Origin: Thermodesulfobacteriota bacterium
GTDB lineage: Bacteria > Desulfobacterota_D > UBA1144 > Nemesobacterales > Nemesobacteraceae
Length of the DNA stretch: 64,000 bases
Direction: 5' to 3'
Assembly (NCBI GenBank): GCA_965207685.1
Contig: OZ242294.1
Span: 1,226,677 to 1,290,676 of the forward strand
The translations under genes and the position numbers were made by a program. Of the stretch, positions 47,172-56,986 are shown piece after piece. The notes under the pieces are model-generated. The model saw only the letters and a list, made by a program, of their open reading frames with translations, was not told the origin of the DNA and made no database searches. Every line of letters starts with the position of its first letter. Position 1 is the first letter of the stretch.

Positions 47172-48737
47172 ATGGCAAGGGTAAAAAGAGCGGTAATAAG
47201 CGTTTACGACAAAAAGGGGGTAGCCAAGCTCGCAAAGGGCCTGGGGGAGCTGGGCGTGGAAATGCTCTCAACCGGAGGGACCGCAAGAAGGCTCAGGGAC
47301 GGCGGGGCGAAGGTAACGGAGATCTCTGACTACACGGGGTTTCCCGAAATACTGGGAGGAAGGGTGAAGACGCTTCACCCCAGAATCCACGGGGGGCTTC
47401 TCGGAATAAGGGACGATGAGCGCCACCTTGGGGAAATGGCCCAAAATTCCATAGAACCGATAGACATGCTCGTTGTCAACTTCTACCCTTTTGAGGAAGT
47501 GGTCGCAAAAGAGGGGACCACTTTTTCTGAAGCGATAGAGAACATAGACATAGGGGGACCGGCAATGCTTCGGGCCGCGGCGAAAAACTATGCGTCTGTA
47601 ATCGTGCTCACCGATCCCGAAGACTACGGTGCGGTGCTCAGGGAGCTTCGCAGAAACAAGGGGGAAATTTCCCCCGAGACCAATTTCCGCCTCTCGGCAA
47701 AGGCCTTTTCCTACGTCTCGAGGTACGACGCGGCGATATCGAATTATCTCTCGTCCCTCGGACCTGACGGCGAAAGAAACCCGCTTCCGGCGACCTACAC
47801 CCTCTACCTCGAAAAAAAGCTTGATCTTCGCTACGGGGAGAATCCCCACCAGCTGGGGGCCTTCTACACAGAAAACGGCATTACCGGTGCGCACTGCGTG
47901 GCAAACGCCAGGCAGCTCCAAGGGAAGGAGCTTTCGCTTAACAACATATACGACACCGACTCCGCCTTCGAGCTTGTAAGGGAGTTCAAAGAGACCGCAT
48001 GCGTAATAGTGAAGCATAATAATCCCTGCGGAGCGGCACTCGGAGACACTCCCGCAGAGGCATTCTCCCGGGCGAGGGAATGTGACCCAGAAAGCGCCTT
48101 CGGCGGGATAATCGCTTTTAACAGGGAGGTTGACGAGACTGCTGCAGAAGAGATAGCCGGCATGTTCACCGAGGTCGTGATAGCCCCCGGCTTTTCAGAG
48201 AAAGCACTCATGCTGCTATCGGCAAGAAAGAACCTGCGTGTGCTTCTCTCAGGGGGCATGGACATCGCCGGGGCAGGCACCTGGGACATAAAGAAGGTGA
48301 CGGGCGGAGCCCTAATACAGCAAAGCGACAGGGGATGGGGGGATGATTTTTCAGACATGAAGGTCCCGACCAAAAGAAAACCTACCGCAGAGGAGATGGC
48401 CGACCTTCACTTTGCCTGGAAAGTCTGTCAGCACACCAAGTCAAACGCCATTGTCTACGCGAGGGATCTCCGGACGGTAGGCATAGGAGCGGGACAGATG
48501 AGCAGGGTCGATTCCGTAAGGATCGCCGGGATGAAGGCCCGCACGCCGACCGATGGTTCGGTGCTCGCTTCTGACGCGTTTTTTCCTTTCAGGGACGGTG
48601 TTGACGAAGCGGCAAGGGCGGGAATAACCGCAATAGCACAGCCCGGAGGGTCGGTAAGGGATGCCGAAGTGATCGCCGCGGCGGATGAACACTCAATGGC
48701 GATGGTCTTTACCGGAAAAAGGCACTTCAAACACTGA
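47172..48737 (+). CDS. purH: bifunctional AICAR formyltransferase / IMP cyclohydrolase
   Basis: 521 aa. MGS-like N-terminus (RALISVYDK-type start) and AICARFT C-terminus. Confidence 0.9.
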   Translation: MARVKRAVISVYDKKGVAKLAKGLGELGVEMLSTGGTARRLRDGGAKVTEISDYTGFPEILGGRVKTLHPRIHGGLLGIRDDERHLGEMAQNSIEPIDMLVVNFYPFEEVVAKEGTTFSEAIENIDIGGPAMLRAAAKNYASVIVLTDPEDYGAVLRELRRNKGEISPETNFRLSAKAFSYVSRYDAAISNYLSSLGPDGERNPLPATYTLYLEKKLDLRYGENPHQLGAFYTENGITGAHCVANARQLQGKELSLNNIYDTDSAFELVREFKETACVIVKHNNPCGAALGDTPAEAFSRARECDPESAFGGIIAFNREVDETAAEEIAGMFTEVVIAPGFSEKALMLLSARKNLRVLLSGGMDIAGAGTWDIKKVTGGALIQQSDRGWGDDFSDMKVPTKRKPTAEEMADLHFAWKVCQHTKSNAIVYARDLRTVGIGAGQMSRVDSVRIAGMKARTPTDGSVLASDAFFPFRDGVDEAARAGITAIAQPGGSVRDAEVIAAADEHSMAMVFTGKRHFKH

Positions 48738-48904
48738 GCACCTCCCTGTTAAAGAAAAGGTTTGGCGATATCCTTTCCTAACGAAAGCCCCAAAGAAAAG
48801 AAGCTTTCTTTAGGAATCAACTAAAGAAAAATTTTCAGGGGTTTCTTTCTTAAAGGAATTTCCAGAGAAAGGTTTTTTCGCTGGAGATAAATAACGGAAG
48901 ATAC

Positions 48905-49168
48905 TTAGCGCTTAATGTCCTCGCGATATTTCGCCTCTCTTGACAGCCAGAAATCCGCACTGCCACCGAGCACCTGTTCCAGCCGAAGTGCGGCTTCCTC
49001 CGTAATCACCGCCTTGCCTTGTACAAGTTGGCTTACGTGCTTTGTCGTATAACCGGCACGGTCTGCGAATTTAGCCTGAGTCCAGTTCTTTTCCTCCAGG
49101 ATGTCACGGATCGTATCTCCAGGCGGCGGCAACAGCCATTTCGGTTCAAACCGATCAAGATTTTCAGT
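48905..49168 (-). CDS. higA: HigA-family antitoxin-like HTH protein (XRE)
   Basis: Start at MTENLDRF. HPGEIL-like (PPGDTIRDIL), HTH, and the ...SADFWLSRE tail typical of HigA. No HigB partner adjacent. Confidence 0.6.
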   Translation of the reverse strand, partial: TENLDRFEPKWLLPPPGDTIRDILEEKNWTQAKFADRAGYTTKHVSQLVQGKAVITEEAALRLEQVLGGSADFWLSREAKYREDIKR

Positions 49169-49202
49169 CATGATAGCTCTTATAAATAGAACCCATATTG
49201 AC

Positions 49203-49529
49203 TTAACCTGAAATAAGATAAATCCGCTTTTGCAGATTGCCGGAAGCAAGAGCAACAACTTTGGGGATAAACGGCCTTAATTCCTGTAAACGGTTTTGAC
49301 GCGCAACCATGATGATGACGGGAATTGTCAGGTAAGCCAAGTTCTGCTGGTATTCAATACCCCGGTCTACTGTGATCAGGACATCAAATCCATGGGCGGA
49401 GGCGAGGCGCAACAGATCGCCGTTGCTGCTGCCAGTCCATCCCATTTGCTGGACTGTGCGTACTTCAAATTCACCGGGAAAAAACGAACCGAGTCTCTTT
49501 GGAACGGATTCGTCAAGCAGTAGCTTCAT
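49203..49529 (-). CDS. DUF5615-family PIN-like protein (putative toxin)
   Basis: Start at MKLLLDESVP, which is the characteristic N-terminus of DUF5615/Mut7-C-like PIN proteins. Confidence 0.6.
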   Translation of the reverse strand: MKLLLDESVPKRLGSFFPGEFEVRTVQQMGWTGSSNGDLLRLASAHGFDVLITVDRGIEYQQNLAYLTIPVIIMVARQNRLQELRPFIPKVVALASGNLQKRIYLISG

Positions 49530-49737
49530 CCACTTTACCCACGAGCATTGCCTTTGCACGTTCAAGTACAGCAACCGCCTGATCGCGCGTTACTGTAGGG
49601 TAATCTTCCAAGAACTCGTCGAGACGGTCTCCCGCTTCCAAGTGCTCCATTAGGATTCGCACAGGAACCCTTGTTCCAGAAAAAACCGGAGTTCCGCCTA
49701 GAATGTCCGGATTTCTGTCAATTAACTTGTCCGCCAT
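49513..49737 (-). CDS. DUF433-domain protein (putative antitoxin partner of DUF5615)
   Basis: 74 aa. GGTPVFSGTRVPV motif of DUF433. Its stop overlaps the DUF5615 start by 17 bp, the usual toxin-antitoxin arrangement. Confidence 0.65.
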   Translation of the reverse strand: MADKLIDRNPDILGGTPVFSGTRVPVRILMEHLEAGDRLDEFLEDYPTVTRDQAVAVLERAKAMLVGKVDEATA

Positions 49738-49879
49738 AGCACTTTCCCCTTACGAAACAGTGTATACCGGAGAATCTGATTATCAAGAATGCACGAAGAG
49801 CCCACCAAAGCGAAGGCATAGAAACCTAACCCGGGGAAAGATAAAACCCTTCCTATCCAACCCTCTTAACCTTGATAAA

Positions 49880-51442
49880 TCAGTCAACTTCAAGATAAGG
49901 TCCGATGTCTGAGTGGTTCTCTATGAGAAAGGAGTTGCTCTCTATCATCGTCCCTCTCGCGCGCTCAAGATCGGCCAGGGCGATCCGGTGGCTGGCGAAG
50001 GCGCTTATGTAATTGGCCTCCGCGCTTATTAGGTCCCTCTGCGCTTCAAGAATCTCCCTGGTGGTGGAAAGTCCCGCCTTGAACTTTTCCTCCTCGTTCT
50101 GGAGCACTTCCTTTGCGAGATTGGTGGAAAGCGAGGCAGCCTCCATTCTCTTCTGGCTGCTTGCGATCTCCCTTATGGCGTTTCTAACGTCGAGGCGAAC
50201 TGTATCTTTCTGCTTCTGGTAGCTTATAACGCTTCGGTCATAGTCGGCGCGGGCCTTCGCGTAATCCCCCCAAGCCTTTCTACCGAAAATTGGAAAGCTC
50301 AGCCTCCCCGTAACGCTCCAGCTCGGAAAATCGCGGTCGACGATGCTGTCGTAGGCATGCGAGGAATCGACAAAGCGACGGGGGACGCCGCCAAACTCTC
50401 CGAAAACAAGCCTGTCGGGGTTCTCAGAGCCCCCAAGGCCCAGATACTCGAGGCGACCCTCGACTGTGAGGCGTGGCAATCTCTGGCGTGAGTAAAATGT
50501 CTTAAGCGCCTGCACCTTCTCCATTTCCCGCTCCGCACTGCGCATCTCGGGGCGTTTCTCAAACGCCTGTACCACGGCCACGGCCTCCGAGGCAGGCTCG
50601 TAAGCAGTCGGCATGGAGTCAGTTACCTCAAGGAGCTCAACGGTTTCTTCCAAGGGCATAGCGAGCAGGTTCTTAAGCGCGTCCATAGACGCCTCGTAGG
50701 CGTTCTCAGAGTTTATCATCCTCACCTTCCTGGCGGCGCTCTCGGAGCGCGCCTGGGTTAGGGCCACCTTGGGCAGAACCCCGACCTCAACCTTTACGCG
50801 GGTTCTCCTCTCAAGGTCCAGGGCGAGATCGTAGGCTTTTTTCTCAAGGTCGCGGTCATGGGCAGCGGCCACGACTCCCCAGTAGTTTCTCTCAAGATCA
50901 AAGAGCGTCTTCGCCACCATCCGCTCGAACTCGTAAATGGATATGTCCCTGTCCTTTCTCGAGAGCACCACAGACACCTTGTTAGAAGCTATATCGAAGC
51001 CGCGGAGCAGTTCCTGTCCCACGCTGAAACCGAGGCTTGCGGACCACGAAGGGCTCAGACTCTCAAGCGGGGAATCGGTCTCGCTCCTCGATACCTCAAG
51101 ATCGTAGAGCTTGTAGAAGGTTCCGGTAGGAAGCTTTCCAGAGAGTTCACTTCCGAAAGAAAAGACTTCGGCGTTTACTATTCCGTCCTCTATGAAAGCA
51201 CTGGGAGTGGGGTTTTTGGTGTCGGCGTAGGAGGCCATGAAGCTTATCTCGGGGTCATAGACTCCCTGTCTGCTCTTGTGCTCCCCCCGCGCAGCGTCGA
51301 CGCCAAGCATCCAGACCCTTATGTCGTGGTTTTTCTCAAGGGCCATTATCTTTGCTTGTGTAAGCGTAAGGGCATCCGCCCCGACCGGGGCGAAGAGAAA
51401 GCACACAGCAAAAACCAGAAAGATCTTAAAGCGTTTTGACAT
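49880..51442 (-). CDS. tolC: TolC-family outer-membrane efflux protein (orphan)
   Basis: 520 aa. Signal peptide and two TolC-like repeats with coiled regions. No adjacent pump genes. Confidence 0.8.
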   Translation of the reverse strand: MSKRFKIFLVFAVCFLFAPVGADALTLTQAKIMALEKNHDIRVWMLGVDAARGEHKSRQGVYDPEISFMASYADTKNPTPSAFIEDGIVNAEVFSFGSELSGKLPTGTFYKLYDLEVSRSETDSPLESLSPSWSASLGFSVGQELLRGFDIASNKVSVVLSRKDRDISIYEFERMVAKTLFDLERNYWGVVAAAHDRDLEKKAYDLALDLERRTRVKVEVGVLPKVALTQARSESAARKVRMINSENAYEASMDALKNLLAMPLEETVELLEVTDSMPTAYEPASEAVAVVQAFEKRPEMRSAEREMEKVQALKTFYSRQRLPRLTVEGRLEYLGLGGSENPDRLVFGEFGGVPRRFVDSSHAYDSIVDRDFPSWSVTGRLSFPIFGRKAWGDYAKARADYDRSVISYQKQKDTVRLDVRNAIREIASSQKRMEAASLSTNLAKEVLQNEEEKFKAGLSTTREILEAQRDLISAEANYISAFASHRIALADLERARGTMIESNSFLIENHSDIGPYLEVD

Positions 51443-51672
51443 CGAGATAACTCCGTTGGGTTGGAAGCGGACCCCAGAGTTTCGGCCCCCGGTCCGGATC
51501 CTTTGTCATCCTCTCTGAATGTGGGGTAAAAATTTACTGAGAAAACCGGAAAAAGCCTAATTTCGGGACCGGAAAAAGTTTCTCGCAGCTACAAAAAAAG
51601 GGCAAAAAAAAAAGCGGGCAACCTTTGTTAGGAAGCCCGCTTCATTCAAGCTTTGTGAGCTTTGTTTTGTTC

Positions 51673-53184
51673 TTATTTCATGAACTGATCAATGTAAACC
51701 ATCAGCCTACTCTGAAATCCCCAGATCGTATCGTCGGCTGTGGAACCGTCTCCGGCTTTAGCTTCAAGCAGGTCTTGAAGACCGTCTCCAGCGAGTACCA
51801 AGCTTCCGATGAAGTCAAGGTTTACGCCTGGATGAAGCGTCCAGGTAAGCGTTCCCTCAATCTCTGTACCGAGATAGTCGTCAACTTCAGTCGCTCCAAT
51901 ACCCGAACCGAAAAGACCGCTGTCAAAAGCCGAAACCGCATTAGTCTCGTCGTTCCAGGCAAACAGAACCTGAGGAGTTAAAGACAAGTTCTCAGCAAGA
52001 TTCACGTTCGCGTACGCCCTAGCGTAGATAGCGTTTATTACGCTTCCCTCTATCTGGTAGATAGTCGGAATGACGTGCTTGAAGAGAAGGTTATCTACGT
52101 TATAGGCCGGGCTGAACGGAAGGGCATTACCTTCAATCGTCAAAAGCGTATCACCGTCATCACCCTGCGCCCAACCGGCTTCAATACCTATAGCACTTAC
52201 CTGAGCCATCGTTGAAGGATAGATCTCAAGGCGGCCCGCCATGTCGAAAGCGTAGTCAAACTCAAACGCTGCCCCTGTAAAATCGGGCCCTCCTAAAGCA
52301 CTTGTATCTCCCGCTTCGAGTTCTCCCCCTCCGAACATCTGGACCTCATAGGTAAGGCTCCAGTTAGCAGCCTTAAGCACTAGAAGACCTGCATATAGAG
52401 AAGTGCGGTCAAGATCCCAATTGTAACCTAGGCCGGGGCTGAATACGTCGTTCTGATGCAGGTACGGGAATCCGTACGCTCCAACGGTCACGTTTACATC
52501 TCCCATCTGCTGGTTGTAAATACCCGCCGCGGCAAGTATGTCATAACCTGTACCGCTTGTACCGGCGAATAGGCTGGTTCCCTGAGTAAATACATCGGAC
52601 ACGAGAACCAGAGTAAAGGTTCCGGCACCCGCCGGGAAGGACTTGAGCCAAAGCAACCTGTCAACCACGAAACCGAGGTCCGAATGCGGATCATGTCCTC
52701 CGTTTGCGAGAATTCCGAGGCCCCAGTCAAAAGGCTGGCGTCCTACTCTAACAAAACCAAGGTTGTTCGGAAGAACTATGTCCGCGTGAAGCATGCGAAC
52801 GTTAAAATATCCGAAATCGTCGTCAAAGGTCTTAGCCCCTGTCAGAACCGCACCTCTGAAACGATCGGCTGGCCTCAAGTCTGAGAGCACCACGCTGTCG
52901 TTGTCACCAAAAAATCCGCTGGTAACACCACCCCATACCATGTTGTTCGCAACATCGACCTGAGCCCTAACGGTAACCGCATCGCTCAAGCTCAACTGGG
53001 GGGTGATCCTGAGTGTTGTGTCAGTGATATTAATCCTCTCACCGCCGGCGGTAGCATTGTCAATGACACGAGTTCTCGTTCTCATATAGCTCGGAAATCC
53101 GCCAAGCGACCAGTCTATCGCAAATGACGGAACCGACATGCCGAGAACGGCGAAAAATATAATAAGCCATCTGGCTTGAATCAT
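51673..53184 (-). CDS. uncharacterised outer-membrane beta-barrel protein
   Basis: 503 aa. Signal peptide (IFFAVLGMSVPSFA), Gly/aromatic-rich alternating strands, C-terminal ...IDQFMK. Confidence 0.5.
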   Translation of the reverse strand: MIQARWLIIFFAVLGMSVPSFAIDWSLGGFPSYMRTRTRVIDNATAGGERINITDTTLRITPQLSLSDAVTVRAQVDVANNMVWGGVTSGFFGDNDSVVLSDLRPADRFRGAVLTGAKTFDDDFGYFNVRMLHADIVLPNNLGFVRVGRQPFDWGLGILANGGHDPHSDLGFVVDRLLWLKSFPAGAGTFTLVLVSDVFTQGTSLFAGTSGTGYDILAAAGIYNQQMGDVNVTVGAYGFPYLHQNDVFSPGLGYNWDLDRTSLYAGLLVLKAANWSLTYEVQMFGGGELEAGDTSALGGPDFTGAAFEFDYAFDMAGRLEIYPSTMAQVSAIGIEAGWAQGDDGDTLLTIEGNALPFSPAYNVDNLLFKHVIPTIYQIEGSVINAIYARAYANVNLAENLSLTPQVLFAWNDETNAVSAFDSGLFGSGIGATEVDDYLGTEIEGTLTWTLHPGVNLDFIGSLVLAGDGLQDLLEAKAGDGSTADDTIWGFQSRLMVYIDQFMK

Positions 53185-53525
53185 CTCTCCTTACCTCCTG
53201 TAAAATTTATATCCAAAATAAACGACCATCTCCTGATTTCCCTAAAATGGACGCAGTATATGATCAAACTCTCTATAAGCTTACTACAAAAGCAAGCCTA
53301 ATTTCAAGCATTTTTTTCCTTAACGAAAATCCTTCCCCTTCCTTAATACGCCCTTAACAATAAATTACAAAGGCGTTTATGTCAAGAGTCTTTGACCGAA
53401 AAACCCAAATACAGATAACCTTAAAAAGCACTGTCGACTTGTGAACCCAAGCGGTCCGAAAACATGCGCATTATCCCGACCGGCGCGTAAACGACAGAAG
53501 TCTCGGTCAGAATCCCCCTTCATTA

Positions 53526-54248
53526 TCATCCCCGCCCGAAAAAACGAAGCGTAACGAAGGGTATCAGGCTAAGCACGGGTGAAAGCGCAAGCTGCGCCGT
53601 AGCGCTTTTCCGAAGAGGCTCCTTCATCGCCATTATCCCCGAGTAAAGCGAAGCAGGGTTCCCAACCAACCCTTTTACGGTCTCGCAGAAGAAAAACACG
53701 TTCCGGGGACTCAGCAAAAAAACCAGCAGGTTAAATACCAGAAATATCAGAACTCCCTTCGCAATAAGACTCAGCGTCCTTCCCCAGACAAGGGAGTTAA
53801 CAGCTTTCCTCGTGAGGTTTCCCCCATAATACCTGGCAAGCATTCCCCCGAGAATGACCGTCATCATGATGCTTATCCCGAAACCGAAAAGAAAGACCAG
53901 GCACTTACTGAAAAGATCGGCCGTCCCCCCGAAAGCCGGAATCACCTCCTCCCAAACCCCCCAGGCAAGCGGAAGAAGCAACCCCAGAAACGCCCCCTCC
54001 CAGAAACCGCTTCGAAAGCCCACCATGAAAAAAGTGAGCACCCCCCTCATAGTGAGGAAGTCAGAAGGTATGTCCTGCCCCGTGCGCTCTATTATATGGT
54101 ACTGCTGTATCTCCGATATCGCGTCTATAAGGTTGCGCGGGGACGCGTGAGGCGAAGACGATATGGGGGTGAAACCTCCCCGCCCGCCGCTCACGGCCTT
54201 TTTCCTCCACATATAAAGTGGGAGAAAACAGGAGGTTTCGCGACCCAC
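53526..54248 (-). CDS. hypothetical integral membrane protein
   Basis: ~5 hydrophobic segments. The start is uncertain. Flanked by AT-rich DNA. Confidence 0.4.
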   Translation of the reverse strand: MGRETSCFLPLYMWRKKAVSGGRGGFTPISSSPHASPRNLIDAISEIQQYHIIERTGQDIPSDFLTMRGVLTFFMVGFRSGFWEGAFLGLLLPLAWGVWEEVIPAFGGTADLFSKCLVFLFGFGISIMMTVILGGMLARYYGGNLTRKAVNSLVWGRTLSLIAKGVLIFLVFNLLVFLLSPRNVFFFCETVKGLVGNPASLYSGIMAMKEPLRKSATAQLALSPVLSLIPFVTLRFFGRG

Positions 54249-54548
54249 AGGTCAACTGGAACAGTCGCCCCGGGAAATTTTTCGGAAAAAGGTTTGGACA
54301 TTTGAAGGGAAATGTAATACTAAGCCTTTTAAATGTCCAGACTGCCATAACCAGCCGAATCAAGATTCACTCTTCTTTCCTATGAGTTGGGCAATTAAAA
54401 TAGCGATTTGAAGATTGCGTGCGCAAACTTGAATTCTGAATTCAAATATGTAGAATTGAAATCAAAGGTTCCTCCCTGATGACAAGAACCCAAGGGGTTC
54501 TCTCCGGTAACGGAGTAGTTGGGGAGGTCGTTTTTTTAGATTTACCCT

Positions 54549-55208
54549 CTAATAATAGTATCTCATTCCACTTCGGAAAATACTGAATTCGCTTCGAATC
54601 CCCTCCTTTATACGATCATAGTATTCTGTCTCACCCCTCTGCCATTTCCGAAACACAGCCCAGCAGCAGTAATCCGCGACCTGCAGTCCGTAGTGCGAAC
54701 GCGACGCGTGATGCAGGATGTGATATCTCCTGCCCTGCGGCAACATCTTCGCCAACGCGAGCTGGACACCTTTTTCAATCGCCCGCCTTTTCTTATTAAC
54801 CGGAACCGTATCAGTTATTACTATGACATCGTCAGCGTCCTCCCCCAACTGGGGAACAAGGAATTTTAACAGGTATCCGAGCATTTCCGGGTAGAAGCGC
54901 TTTACATCCTGAAGGGCCGGGCCGGTTTTTCTTTTCTCAACTACAAGACAGTCAATACGCATGCTTCCAAGATTTCTGGCGATCAGATCAAATATGCTGT
55001 TGCGGACGTGAATGTTGTCTTCTGAGCAGTGGAAATACTCCATCCCCAAGCCGTATTCGAGACAATCGTGTCTGTAGGCGTCAAGCTTCTGGTATATAGG
55101 AAACGGTCGGCGCATACTGATGCTCGTCAATATAAAGTAAGGCGTTCCGTTTGTGCTGAAGTCGAGATTGCCCGCTTCATCAAGAAAAATGTAAGTGCAG
55201 GGTGTCAT
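54549..55208 (-). CDS. DUF3800-domain protein
   Basis: Start at MTPCTYIFLDEAGN. The N-terminal YIFLDE.G and C-terminal GLQVADYCCWAVF are the two hallmark motifs of DUF3800. Confidence 0.6.
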   Translation of the reverse strand: MTPCTYIFLDEAGNLDFSTNGTPYFILTSISMRRPFPIYQKLDAYRHDCLEYGLGMEYFHCSEDNIHVRNSIFDLIARNLGSMRIDCLVVEKRKTGPALQDVKRFYPEMLGYLLKFLVPQLGEDADDVIVITDTVPVNKKRRAIEKGVQLALAKMLPQGRRYHILHHASRSHYGLQVADYCCWAVFRKWQRGETEYYDRIKEGIRSEFSIFRSGMRYYY

Positions 55209-55550
55209 ATTCTTTCCTTCCACAAGACCCGCCCAGTCCGGCAAAATCGTAAAAAGCGTGGAAACCGGACTGGATACCCGCTTCAAGGCTTGATCCAACT
55301 CCGCTTATTTCCAGTGAACTCCTTTGCCGTTAACAATCAAGAAGCGGCTGGTTGAAGTAGAAATTCAGCAGATTGATCTTGGAAAATACCTGATCGGCAT
55401 TCTCAAACCAATAATGTTTTTCAGTAAGGAAAAACCTGATTCTCTCGCACCCTGTGGACTAACCGGATTCGCCGTTCCTGGAAAATTTCTCAAAAAAAGA
55501 TATGGACATTCGGTACTAATTGTAATACACTGTATTTCAAATATCAAAAA

Positions 55551-56963
55551 ATGGACAAAAAAATAAAGGATGCCAACAGGAAAAACCAAGAAAAGACCCG
55601 GGAGAAAAACCCCTTGATCGGACTCCGCGTAAAGAAACTCAGCGACATCCCTCCGCCCGCGGGAATAGCCATAGGAGAGGGCGTCGCGCTTGACTGCGAT
55701 CCCGAAACAAAGCCCGCCCCGGTAACGGTTCCCGACGCAGACCGCGAGGGACACATATTCACCATGGGCGCCACGCGAAGCGGAAAGACCCGCCTCGCCG
55801 AGGGCATGATAGAGCACGATATAAGGGCGGGGAGAAGCATCCTGTGGATAGACCCCAAGGGGGATAACGCTATTTTCTCAAAAATAGTGGCCACAGCCAG
55901 GGAAACAGGAAGGGAAGAGGATCTTCTTTTCTTCTCCCCGGTTTTTCCCCGCTACTCGGTAAAGATAGACCCTCTCTCTCACTACTTCATGCCCGAGGAG
56001 GTCGTTAACCACGTCGTCTCGGGAGTACGGGTCCGCGAGGAGTTCTACTTCAACATAGCCTACGAGGTGACGCTCGTCGTGGTGCAGGGACTCATGCTGA
56101 TATCGAGATCCCTCGGGGAGCGACCTATGTTCACCTTCCGCAGGATAAAGGAGAACATAGGCTACAGGGAACTCGAGGGCCTTCGCGCCCAGATAGCCGA
56201 GATAGACGATCCCGAGGCGGAGGAGATCCTCATGAACCTCGACCAGATCCTATCCTCTCCCCAGGACTACTTCTCCAAGGTCTCCTCAAGCCTCCGTACC
56301 GTGATAACGTCGCTTAGCTCGGGTTCGGTGGGAGAAATCATCGGCAAGGACACATCAAACCGGTTCATAGAGCGCCTTGAGGCGGGAAAGAGAGTGATAC
56401 TCGTCGTGCAGACAGGCTCACTTCTCACCAGGAAAACGGCGCATATAATGGCGCGGGTGCTTCTCTCCATGGTGCAAAGCTTCGTAGGCAGGGTGCTGGC
56501 TTCTCACCGGAAGATCGACCCTCCCTTAGCAGTGTACGCAGACGAGGCGTCAAATGTCCTTTACTTCGGGATAGACGACCTTTTCAACAAGGCGGGCGGA
56601 GCCGGAGTGTGGATTCACATGCTGACCCAGAGCAAGCAGGATCTCGTGGCCGAACTCGGCCCAGCCTACACGGGCAAGATACTCGACAACACGAACACCA
56701 AGGTAGTTTTCCGCGTTAACGACCCCAACACCGCAGCCTACGCCTCCCGCATGGCCGGGACGAGAAAAAGATTCTCCCCAATAATGAGTCTCGGCGGGGG
56801 TCTCAGCTTGAGGGAGATAGAGGAGAGCAGGGTGCCGCCCGAGAGCTTCCTTAGGCTCGGGCGAAGGGAGTTCTACGCCTTTACCTTCGACGGCATATAC
56901 AGGGGCAGGACCCTCGATGTGAGTCCGTGCGAGGAAATACGGTTCCCGGAGATAAAAAACTGA
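55551..56963 (+). CDS. traD: type IV coupling protein-like ATPase (TraD/TrwB/VirD4 family) without N-terminal transmembrane anchor
   Basis: Walker A GATRSGKT followed by ILWIDPKGD, Walker B VYADEAS, a TQSKQDL sensor, and a TraG-D_C-like NTNTKVVFRVND. The N-terminal 60 aa are charged and not hydrophobic. Confidence 0.7.
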   Translation: MDKKIKDANRKNQEKTREKNPLIGLRVKKLSDIPPPAGIAIGEGVALDCDPETKPAPVTVPDADREGHIFTMGATRSGKTRLAEGMIEHDIRAGRSILWIDPKGDNAIFSKIVATARETGREEDLLFFSPVFPRYSVKIDPLSHYFMPEEVVNHVVSGVRVREEFYFNIAYEVTLVVVQGLMLISRSLGERPMFTFRRIKENIGYRELEGLRAQIAEIDDPEAEEILMNLDQILSSPQDYFSKVSSSLRTVITSLSSGSVGEIIGKDTSNRFIERLEAGKRVILVVQTGSLLTRKTAHIMARVLLSMVQSFVGRVLASHRKIDPPLAVYADEASNVLYFGIDDLFNKAGGAGVWIHMLTQSKQDLVAELGPAYTGKILDNTNTKVVFRVNDPNTAAYASRMAGTRKRFSPIMSLGGGLSLREIEESRVPPESFLRLGRREFYAFTFDGIYRGRTLDVSPCEEIRFPEIKN

Positions 56964-56986
56964 TGAAGGAGAAAAGGAGAACCAAA

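Noticed and set aside
54585-54610. A 10-bp match (TTCGAATCCC) to the T-arm of the tRNA-Gly gene, which could have marked an att site for the conjugative element.
   Set aside because: Only 10 bp match. It lies inside the DUF3800 coding sequence, ~11 kb from the tRNA, with housekeeping purH in between. This is most likely a chance match.
56927-56986. Upstream extension of the HD-protein ORF (MRGNTVPGDKKLMKEKRRTK...) overlapping the coupling-protein 3' end.
   Set aside because: The extension is Arg/Lys-rich and overlaps the preceding gene. The Met at 56987 is preceded by a strong GGAGAAAAGGAG RBS and is followed directly by the transmembrane helix, so the shorter start was chosen.
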